Shown here: positions 57,201 through 63,668 of the stretch, one piece after another | Position numbering within the stretch: the first letter of the stretch is position 1 | How the letters are laid out: every line of letters begins with the position of its first letter | NCBI GenBank assembly: GCA_009784345.1 | Contig: WRBW01000001.1 | Span: 32,971-96,970, forward strand | Length of the DNA: 64,000 bases | Reading direction: 5' to 3' | Source: Coriobacteriia bacterium | GTDB lineage: Bacteria > Actinomycetota > Coriobacteriia > WRKU01 > WQUG01 | Translations under genes and position numbers: made by a program | Notes under the pieces: model-generated | Told to the model about the DNA's origin: nothing | Database searches by the model: none | Seen by the model: the letters and a program-made list of their open reading frames with translations, nothing else

Positions 57201-59017
57201 GGCGCCTGTTGACAGCAACGGATGGTACGGTTAAAAATGGCGGAGCGCGTGCTAGCCTGGCCACCTTTGCCGAGTACAACAACCACGGTTCGGTCTACCT
57301 GCACGCGGGTCAGGGCGTCGATGCATCAGGCTTTGGCATAAGGCGTGCGGGGCAGTCACTGATTGTCGCCGGAGACCTGCATGTGGTGGGTGAAGGTACG
57401 GCCTATATTCAGTCGCAGGGTGCGCTCAATCAGGCGGTGTTTAACGATGTTCACATAGCTGATACGCTGACCTGGCTGCGTGTGGGTGACACCTCTGCCG
57501 CGAATTTCAGCCCGCTGACCAGCTGGTTTGGTGCAGCTCGAGGCTGGCATGTCTTTACCTTGAATCCGCAGCGTGAGCGTGCGCTGAAAGTCAGCCCCTT
57601 TAATTTGGAAGGCATCGACGAGTCAAATGGTCACACCTATCTGGGCGACAGCGTGGTACCTTCCAGTGGTGCCAGCGGCTTTGCCGTCTGTATTCCCGGT
57701 GCGAAATATCGCTGGCAGGTTACCGCTGGCGAGGGCATGGTCACCCATGATGTGGACATTACGGTAAGCACGGGCGAAACACCCTCGAGCCCTGTGCACG
57801 GTATTGGCTCGGTTGGCAAGGGTGTGCCATCGCAGTCAGGCATGATTGCCGTGCCCTCAGAGTTTGTTCCTGACCCGATGAACTATCCGACCTTTAGTTT
57901 TATCCCCCATGCCCCGCGCGGCGAATGGGTGGAGGGCGTCCAGATTCACCGTTCAGACTGCCTGCTGACAGACCCGCAGCACAGCTTGCGCTGCATCACT
58001 ATTCCTGAAGTTCCGCTGCCAGACTATCACCAGGACTATGTCGATGGCTTGCCCCCAGGCTGGGCCACCTGGACAGCGCAGGGCGATGATCGCTACTTTA
58101 GCTTTGACATTGCAGCTCAGTACACCCATGACTGCGAACTGCAGGCACGCAGCGTCATCATTACCGAGTCTGAAGCGGCAGCGATTGCAGATGCTGGCTG
58201 TATTACGGGCTATCAAGAGGCCATGGGACGCCCCTTCTTTAGGCATGACATTGACGACGCACTGCTTGCAGCAATTCGTCAACCACTGGCTGATGGCCTT
58301 TACTTAAGGTCACATCCCGTGACCTACAGCACGGGGCGCGCCGTAACAGGCGACGTCGCCTCAGCTGCACTCACGACGCTGACGGTTAAGGTCGTTGTGG
58401 TGCGCGATGGCAGCGTACTTTCAGAAGATCGCAGCTACGGCGTATGGGCAAAAGATGCCCGCATGACCTTAAGCATCGCACAGGAGATGCAGCGCGAGCG
58501 CTTAGATAGTCGCTACACCCATGCGATGGCCTTCACCTCGCAGGGAACAACAGATACCCCGACCCTTGCGGCAGGAGTGCTTGAAGACATCAGGTCAAGT
58601 ACGGCAGAACAGGTGCCGCGTGACGTGGTTGCCAGCTATTCGTTCCTGCCCGCAGACGCAGCAGGTTCCGGCACGGCAGATGGGCAGACCTTGGTGCCGG
58701 CGAGCATCGATGTCATCATCAGCATCATCCCGAACTGGCCCACCCCGACGGGTCTTCGCATGAGCAGTGTCAGGCTGGGCAGCCTGTTGCTGTTCCCCCT
58801 GGGGCTTGCCGTGCTGGGTGCCTGCGGCTACGCCGGTCACACCCGGCGCACGCTGGGGCAGCTGATGCCACCGCCATCGCAACAAGGCGAAATCCTTGAC
58901 GCAGGGCACGATAAGCCCAAGCCGCCGCCGTCACCATCGGCAGCAGCTACTGCAGAAGCAGCTGCAGTAGCGCCTGAACCGAAGCCATCAAGCCAGCACG
59001 TCATCTGGAAAATATAG
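54227..59017 (+). CDS. giant secreted Gly/Thr/Ser-rich beta-helix-like repeat surface protein (1596 aa)
   Basis: N-terminal signal/TM (ITGLGIPALTIIISLLIIFSVANFSANA). Dozens of GGxxxG/TGN-type repeats typical of a parallel beta-helix. C-terminal hydrophobic segment plus basic patch (LLLFPLGLAVLGACGYAGHTRR), then a Pro/Ala-rich tail. Confidence 0.7.
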   Translation: MDIQDVVSSSTSARIITGLGIPALTIIISLLIIFSVANFSANAVGEANITAIEATPTASHMAAGSAALDLVDVPDLLATADPAASAPDPAASTDDGDLALITPGEGPRVRQATRGIDAPLGGNTLQAGDTTRLVVMAVVGDPAEGYYESYPASHAGVNSALTDLHQSGDPSSSYVMYVGANITGIPVARYANTEAPGTFSGLAGRIHTLVITGNAQDPINTAAALNAAPTERRQFTRGDGDSWFGSHIILRNVQHRLGSNVYMKGHNLTLGGSSWQTAATNYFGGSNTGNITSREGTTTLTVYSTGTGDSNFFGGMNAGTFTGNTAIVIRGSSGNAIMTRGGGSGTDGARAHVMGNVSTTITGLDTRTWGLSSFLGGVHYGNISGQITNHISGPGRFVWTGGSTSGDVGGGHYVGGSRTGSVGGADTIAAPIKTDGLDMDYSPLLDNTNYAIFNDIDTSAYTNGRKYFIGANTAAGTITGNVINVVKAGTVNAGGLTGLQALGGIGTTINNTWPSALSGSTSTGRVTGIERARELAESQAGFRVYGNAVTVVRAGHITAGGDINYYRGAGYGGYIEGDIYSAIGTEGLVYQTTLNTYQYRVNPNAGISQGYSTTFDLVGGGGREGWNDSTFIAGDTHIVLKEVRARWTYGSSFGGVLQGDSLIELHAGVVDTLEGAGYLTYVHVGDSRAEVHGGQVEWFLSGGGWNDHWHDGNVSVEVFDGPPPNTPIINASMGGTYGNSTAHYTSGDSTMVIRGGDFSGVPRRGPSGFSSGPTNAGYIFGNASMTLDLRGNQHGFKTSAANAVSAGRSTVASGDSYLGFNHNNTIELNIFTDDDGGDLLSRMNIYGDASASGVHDRTRSGHITMNINAPGSTIGNLYATSYVNLTGTATSRMLWRNVEMNLVSAANIEGLSAGNGFTDTGAGADTNTLRSDVAQRSIAAGRQAIIKVGPHTDDPAHPLGERETTVPENGRPRVINVAGVGITGFTRMDITRRLLTATDGTVKNGGARASLATFAEYNNHGSVYLHAGQGVDASGFGIRRAGQSLIVAGDLHVVGEGTAYIQSQGALNQAVFNDVHIADTLTWLRVGDTSAANFSPLTSWFGAARGWHVFTLNPQRERALKVSPFNLEGIDESNGHTYLGDSVVPSSGASGFAVCIPGAKYRWQVTAGEGMVTHDVDITVSTGETPSSPVHGIGSVGKGVPSQSGMIAVPSEFVPDPMNYPTFSFIPHAPRGEWVEGVQIHRSDCLLTDPQHSLRCITIPEVPLPDYHQDYVDGLPPGWATWTAQGDDRYFSFDIAAQYTHDCELQARSVIITESEAAAIADAGCITGYQEAMGRPFFRHDIDDALLAAIRQPLADGLYLRSHPVTYSTGRAVTGDVASAALTTLTVKVVVVRDGSVLSEDRSYGVWAKDARMTLSIAQEMQRERLDSRYTHAMAFTSQGTTDTPTLAAGVLEDIRSSTAEQVPRDVVASYSFLPADAAGSGTADGQTLVPASIDVIISIIPNWPTPTGLRMSSVRLGSLLLFPLGLAVLGACGYAGHTRRTLGQLMPPPSQQGEILDAGHDKPKPPPSPSAAATAEAAAVAPEPKPSSQHVIWKI

Positions 59018-59144
59018 AGGCTGCCCCCAAGACGACCTCCCTGGGCTCGACTGACCCCCATTAGCGAGCCCGCTCACTTCACCAGAAGTCGGCCTGGAGC
59101 CCTGCAGTGATCCCCTAGTCACCTGACAGGACATGCGACTTCTG

Positions 59145-59181
59145 AAAAGTCCCTCGGTACACCCTGGCCGAGGGACTTTTA
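59145..59181. terminator. bidirectional rho-independent terminator
   Basis: AAAAGTCCCTCGGtacaccctggCCGAGGGACTTTT: a 10-bp stem with an A-run before and a T-run after. Lies between the convergent giant-protein and higA genes. Confidence 0.8.
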
Positions 59182-59275
59182 CTTTCCTCTACAGCCCCCG
59201 CGCCAGCATCCCGCTTCTGTCATGCCGTACTCCGACACGACATCTCGCCCTTGATCTTGTCCTGCCTTCTACGCA

Positions 59276-59557
59276 TCAGCGAAACTCGATGTGGAGCTTC
59301 TTGCCAAAGCCCATTGCTATTTGATTGAGCGTTCTGACATTGGGAATGCTTTGGCCCGTCTCAATGCGACTTATATTTGACTGCTTTATGCCACTTCTTT
59401 CAGCTAGCTCTTGTTGGGTAATACCCGTTTCGATGCGAGCTTCGATAATTGCATTCAGTGCTTGCATCTCTCCCTGAAGTGCGTCATATTCACTGCGTAT
59501 AGCTGGATTACACAGAAGCTCTTCCTTATGCAGTTCATAGTTAGTCATTCTTCTCAT
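59276..59557 (-). CDS. higA: HigA-type antitoxin (XRE-family HTH)
   Basis: HTH GITQQELAERSGIKQSNISRIETGQ. Start at ATG with GAGGTG 5 nt upstream. Overlaps the toxin gene. Confidence 0.7.
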   Translation of the reverse strand: MRRMTNYELHKEELLCNPAIRSEYDALQGEMQALNAIIEARIETGITQQELAERSGIKQSNISRIETGQSIPNVRTLNQIAMGFGKKLHIEFR

Positions 59558-59900
59558 TAACACACCTCGCTAAATAATCCTTCTTATATTTTTGAGCCAA
59601 AAGCAATTGTCGCTGTGGAACCTTGCTTTGCTTTTTGATAAAACCATTGGTTATTACACATTTTCTTCCCCGACAAAAGAAATACAAGATCCTAACCTGC
59701 CCATCTCGAGTTCTTGTTCTAAGCTCAAAGAGACCTTTTCCGATATGTTTTGATTCGGGCTCTCCAATCAGATTTCCATACTTTTCAAGTACGTCGATTA
59801 TCGCTAACACACTCGCTATTGCACCGTCGCTGAGACCCTCAATAAAATCTTTAGCAGGACATCTTCCGCTGGGCAATTGGTAATACTCAATTTGAAACAT
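59541..59900 (-). CDS. higB: HigB/RelE-ParE superfamily toxin
   Basis: 119 aa, ...KHIGKGLFELRTRTRDGQVRILYFFCRGRKCVITNGFIKK. The toxin-upstream, antitoxin-downstream order is typical of HigBA. Confidence 0.7.
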   Translation of the reverse strand: MFQIEYYQLPSGRCPAKDFIEGLSDGAIASVLAIIDVLEKYGNLIGEPESKHIGKGLFELRTRTRDGQVRILYFFCRGRKCVITNGFIKKQSKVPQRQLLLAQKYKKDYLARCVNEKND

Positions 59901-59989
59901 CCCGACCTCCTCTCACAATATTACTTTTTTGATATATTGTCAAGCCAAGTGCCGACTATTGATACCTTATCCAACGGACATTAAAGAGA

Positions 59990-60090
59990 GATTAACTCGA
60001 GATGAAAGAAAGCTGAAAGAAAGGTGAACACACTATGAAAGAAACATTAAAGAGAATTAACGCAAGATGAAAGAAACCTTAAAGCAGGTG
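59990..60090 (+). repeat. three degenerate tandem copies of ATGAAAGAAA(C)-NTTAAAG (about 33-bp period)
   Basis: gagATGAAAGAAAgctgaaag..ATGAAAGAAAcattaaagagaattaacgcaag ATGAAAGAAAccttaaagcaggtgg. The third copy opens a 45-codon ORF (MKETLKQVVECVHYCLSPR...). Confidence 0.6.
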
Positions 60091-60214
60091 GTTGAGTGCG
60101 TCCATTATTGCTTGTCACCCCGGCTCCTGAACCGTGGTCACGCCTGGCTGTCATCCCGTACTCCGACACGACATCTCGCCCTTGACCTATACACTACCAG
60201 ATAGATCTGCTAGG

Positions 60215-60256
60215 TTGACCATCTGTATAACAATTGTGTACACTATTGTTATACAG
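60215..60256 (+). promoter_or_regulatory. putative promoter (-35 TTGACC, -10 TACACT) with 12-bp perfect inverted-repeat operator for the Phd/YefM antitoxin gene
   Basis: CTGTATAACAAT tgtgtacact ATTGTTATACAG spans the -10 region. AAAGGAGC RBS, then the ATG at 60294. Confidence 0.55.
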
Positions 60257-60293
60257 ATAGCTCAAACACCCAAACTAGCCAAAGGAGCCTTTC

Positions 60294-60590
60294 ATGGTTT
60301 TCTACACAGTCCGCGAGCTGCGTAACAACACAAAAACGGTACAGCAGGCAATCAAAGGCGGCGGGGAAGTCGTCATTACCAACAACGGCAAACCCTGGGC
60401 ACTCATGCTCGATATTGCAGAAGACGACCTGTTCGAAGTGGTCCATGCAGTCAAGAGTGCCCGTATGGCGCGGGCGCTTGAAAAGATTAGAGAGGATGCT
60501 ATCGCAAACGGCACCGCGGATCTTTCCATACAAGAAATCGATGCAGAAATAGCGAGCTACAGAAATGGAAGGCACATTCAGGCGTTGTAG
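60294..60590 (+). CDS. Phd/YefM-family antitoxin (orphan; no intact toxin downstream)
   Basis: MVFYTVRELRNNTKTVQQAIKGGGEVVITNNGKPWALMLDIAEDD is a Phd/YefM signature. Only a 13-codon ORF follows. Confidence 0.7.
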   Translation: MVFYTVRELRNNTKTVQQAIKGGGEVVITNNGKPWALMLDIAEDDLFEVVHAVKSARMARALEKIREDAIANGTADLSIQEIDAEIASYRNGRHIQAL

Positions 60591-60759
60591 ATAGTTCCCA
60601 GCTCAGACACATTTGGTAGGGCAACACTAAAGATTTCCCCAAAGAGCCGCACATTATGACTCCAGCAGAATTCATCGACTCCATGCGCCTAGAATAAACA
60701 GCAGTGAATACCCCTGTGCCTACCGGCACAGGATCTAAAACAGTCGCTCCGCGAGCGTC

Positions 60760-60933
60760 TTAGTCATCTGGATACCTTTTAGGATCGTCGAAAAATTCCG
60801 CCATATCATCCCAGCCGAAAAGGCGACATATGAGCGACTGGATTTTCATCCCCACAGCAATCACGACCAGACTTAGACCAGCAAAGATGGCCACCCCAAC
60901 AAGTAGTGCTAACAGCTGTATTATCCCCTGCAC
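60760..60933 (-). CDS. small hydrophobic protein, 57 aa (peptide 1 of tandem array)
   Basis: GTG start with GGAGG 10 nt upstream; VQGIIQLLALLVGVAIFAGLSLVVIAVGMKIQSLICRLFGWDDMAEFFDDPKRYPDD; one TM plus an acidic tail. Confidence 0.35.
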   Translation of the reverse strand: MQGIIQLLALLVGVAIFAGLSLVVIAVGMKIQSLICRLFGWDDMAEFFDDPKRYPDD

Positions 60934-60982
60934 TTCACACCTGCCTCCCCGTCACCCCAGTCTCCGAGCCTCACACCCGCCC

Positions 60983-61153
60983 CTAGTATCGGTCCTTGTT
61001 CAGGTCTTTTTGGACTTCTTTCATCAGAGCGATGTTTCGAACCCCCGTCATATCTTGCCGCACCCGCCTCTTGGGCTTCTTCGGGGTCAGAGCTTCATGA
61101 ATCTCATTAAGAACAATAATTCCGGCCAACACAATGAAAATGGCAACTACCAC
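60983..61153 (-). CDS. small hydrophobic protein, 56 aa (peptide 2)
   Basis: GTG start with AGAGGGGG 9 nt upstream; VVVAIFIVLAGIIVLNEIHEALTPKKPKRRVRQDMTGVRNIALMKEVQKDLNKDRY; one TM plus a basic tail. Confidence 0.35.
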   Translation of the reverse strand: MVVAIFIVLAGIIVLNEIHEALTPKKPKRRVRQDMTGVRNIALMKEVQKDLNKDRY

Positions 61154-61313
61154 CTCAATCAACCCCCTCTTTCATCTGATTCAACAATTATGACACTGCG
61201 CCTTGCACAGCACGCCCAGCATCCCCCACTCCTTGTCACCCCAGCCTCGATCCGCAACATCGAGGGTGGTATTGTAGGAGCGAGAGTCCCAGCTTGTGCG
61301 GGGACTGTTAATC

Positions 61314-61418
61314 TTAGGGCCTCAGTGTGTAAAAGAACAGGAAAATGTGCTTAAGGATAATGAACGGAAACGCAATCATAAGCACCAAGCAACCGCCTTT
61401 ATCTTTGAAACGAGCCAT
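61314..61418 (-). CDS. small hydrophobic peptide, 34 aa (peptide 3)
   Basis: ATG with AAGGGGG 6 nt upstream; MARFKDKGGCLVLMIAFPFIILKHIFLFFYTLRP. Confidence 0.3.
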   Translation of the reverse strand: MARFKDKGGCLVLMIAFPFIILKHIFLFFYTLRP

Positions 61419-61581
61419 AATCTAACCCCCTTAGCCTTATCGTAGTTATGATTTACGAGATACATTTTCATCTTCCCACCGTCACTTCCTCCACCTCATA
61501 GATTCCTAGTTTTGGCATCTTGTTTGTCACCCCGCCTGTACGGGAATTACCGCGAGTCTACCCAGCGAGTTGCACCTTAAT

Positions 61582-61725
61582 CTAAGTAATCCCACTGTAA
61601 TCAATGAAGCGATCACTTCTATTCCCTGTAAACATCCACCATGCGGCACATACAAGAATCATGGGCGGGAAAACGAATCCATAGAACGCTACCCACATGA
61701 ACCTCTTGAAATAAATCCATCCCAT
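61582..61725 (-). CDS. small hydrophobic peptide, 47 aa (peptide 4)
   Basis: ATG with GAAGGGAG 5 nt upstream; MGWIYFKRFMWVAFYGFVFPPMILVCAAWWMFTGNRSDRFIDYSGIT. Confidence 0.35.
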   Translation of the reverse strand: MGWIYFKRFMWVAFYGFVFPPMILVCAAWWMFTGNRSDRFIDYSGIT

Positions 61726-62129
61726 AATCTTCTCCCTTCTTTATGCCAGCCTTCCCCAGCTGGCTCATCATCTGGCGGAGCACGTCCAGCATCCCCCACC
61801 CCTCGTCACAATAAGTCTCCCAAACACCTCAGACATACTAATTTCACAAATACCACACAAATGAACGCCCATCTCAATCGCACAAAAAAGAGCCCCACTC
61901 CCGCGAAACTCTCCATTTTCTTGCAACAGAATGACTTCCTTGCAGCGCTAACTTGAAAATATTTTTACGAAACTTGTAACTTTACTTTCAAGTTATCTTG
62001 GCGGAGTACGCCCAAACCTCCCATAGCTGTCCACTTCCTGAGCGAAAGCTGCAGCTGTAGACCAATTTGTATTTATATATGTTAGAATATGGTCATATGT
62101 TAGACATTAGAAAGTGAGGTTTAACCTTT

Positions 62130-62342
62130 ATGAAGGTATCTATTTCGGAATTAAAGACCAATCCTGGATATTATATCGACCTGTCGCAGAATCAAAGAAT
62201 CGCCATCACAAAGAACGGCAAGGTTGTTGCTAACATCATTTCTGCGATACCCTCAAAGCATGATTCGGCACGCAAACTGATTGGCTCACTACCTGCAAAC
62301 CTCGATTACGATGCGCTCAGAGAAGAGCGGATCGCACAATGA
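62130..62342 (+). CDS. vapB: Phd/YefM-type antitoxin of VapBC pair
   Basis: MKVSISELKTNPGYYIDLSQNQRIAITKNGKVVANII; 4-nt overlap with the downstream PIN gene. Confidence 0.7.
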   Translation: MKVSISELKTNPGYYIDLSQNQRIAITKNGKVVANIISAIPSKHDSARKLIGSLPANLDYDALREERIAQ

Positions 62343-62749
62343 AAAAAGTTTTACTCGACACCAATGTCATACTCGACGCAATGACCGCTCGAACAAACAA
62401 CCAGGCACCTGCCCGTATACTCGAACTGGCCGGCGAGGAAGCTTTCGAGGCCTGCGTTACTGCAAACAGCCTGACTGATATTTTGTATGTAACACAGCGG
62501 CATTATTCTCAGGCGCGAGCCCAAGAACTTTTGCCTTACCTGCTCAGCTTGTGCACCATTGTCAGCGTTACCGACAAGGACTGTTATACCGCCGCGTCAT
62601 GGGACTGGAATGACTTTGAAGATGCACTGCTCTGCGCTAGTGCTGCGCGCGAAAATGTCGACCTTATCATCACCAGCGACCAGGACTTTATCGCCCAAAA
62701 TGCACCAATCACCGCCATGACACCCCAGGACTTCCTCTCATTCTCCTAG
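62339..62749 (+). CDS. vapC: PIN-domain ribonuclease toxin VapC
   Basis: VLLDTNVILDA N-terminal PIN motif; conserved acidic residues (D..E..D..D); 136 aa. Confidence 0.8.
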   Translation: MKKVLLDTNVILDAMTARTNNQAPARILELAGEEAFEACVTANSLTDILYVTQRHYSQARAQELLPYLLSLCTIVSVTDKDCYTAASWDWNDFEDALLCASAARENVDLIITSDQDFIAQNAPITAMTPQDFLSFS

Positions 62750-62825
62750 CCTATCTCAGTACGCCCAAACCACCACACCACATCACCCACCCACTCACCC
62801 CTATTGAGCATCTTTACTCAAGACA

Positions 62826-62886
62826 CTGAGCAGATTTGTTCAGTGTATTGAACATTTTTGTTCACTATACTGAACAAATCTGCTCG
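62826..62886. repeat. 58-bp near-perfect palindrome at truncation point of ATPase pseudogene
   Basis: GAGCAGATTTGTTCAGTGTATTGAACA tttt TGTTCACTATACTGAACAAATCTGCTC: 27-bp arms with 2 mismatches. Confidence 0.8.
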
Positions 62887-63478
62887 TATAGACATCACAG
62901 ACTCAGAAAGTGGCCAAAACTGGATACAAGAGCAATGGCTTGCAGCGCGCATGCTCATTACAGAACAAAGCCCTTCTGCGATTCTAGTACTGGATGAAAT
63001 CCAAAGTGTTTCACAGTGGGCAACCATCTTAAAAATACTCTGGGATCAAGATGCTCGAACGGGAGTCGACCTCCGCGTAGTGGTGACGGGCTCTTCTGCG
63101 CTGCTGCTTCAGTCAGGCTTGTCAGAATCTCTCATGGGGCGATTTGAGATTATTCCCTCGACTCACCACAAACCCATCTTACAGACCCTGCAAAATATGG
63201 CCGACTCGCAGAAAGTGCCATCGGAGCTTATCTGCTGGGGCGCGGAAAGGTCGATGGCTTTGACCTGTACTGGTGGCGCGATGGAAACCTAGAGGTCGAC
63301 TTCGTCATTAAAAAAGGAGTCCATGCTATAGGCATTGAGGTAAAGTCTGGCAGCATGAAAAGCTACAAGGGCATAACAAAGTTTCGCGATAGCTTCCCTG
63401 ATGCAAAAGTTATCTTAGTCGGGGATAGCAACATTACCATTGAGGACTTTCTGCTGGGCAAAGTCCCCCTGTTCTAGA
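62858..63478 (+). pseudogene. N-terminally truncated, frameshifted AAA-family ATPase (AAA_14 + DUF4143 type)
   Basis: ILVLDEIQSVSQW...LRVVVTGSSALLLQSGLSESLMGRFEIIPS, then after a frameshift at about 63290 ...VDFVIKKGVHAIGIEVKSGSMKSYKGITKF...KVILVGDSNITIEDFLLGKVPLF. No Walker A region. Confidence 0.5.
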
Positions 63479-63668
63479 GCCAGCAAACATAAAGCGGCGG
63501 AGTACGCCCAGCATCCCCCACCCCTCGTCATTCTGAACTTGATTCAGAATCTCGCCCTTGACCTTCATTGCACCTGTGCCTAACGGCACAGGACCAGTAT
63601 CCGTTGCTTCGCTACGGGCAAACTGTCGCAGAACCGTCATTGAGGATCAAAGGCCGCAGTGACGGCAT

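Noticed and set aside
58700-59017. LPXTG sortase signal in the giant surface protein
   Set aside because: No LPXTG or LAXTG is present. Only a WPTPTG segment followed by a hydrophobic stretch and a basic patch is seen, so this is reported as an unusual C-terminus rather than a sortase substrate.
59990-60090. CRISPR array
   Set aside because: There are only three degenerate units with irregular spacing, and no cas genes anywhere in the window.
60591-60700. Toxin partner for the Phd/YefM antitoxin at 60294
   Set aside because: Only a 13-codon ORF (MTPAEFIDSMRLE) follows, which is too short for YoeB, RelE or Doc. It is treated as an orphan antitoxin.
60830-61956. Plus-strand ORFs 60830..61354 (174 aa) and 61570..61956 (128 aa)
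   Set aside because: Pro/His/Ser-rich low-complexity translations without RBS. The minus strand here carries four SD-preceded small peptide genes and repeat elements.
63434-63640. Minus-strand 68-aa ORF
   Set aside because: It is a read-through of interspersed-repeat sequence (leader motif plus hairpin), with no RBS and no protein-like composition.
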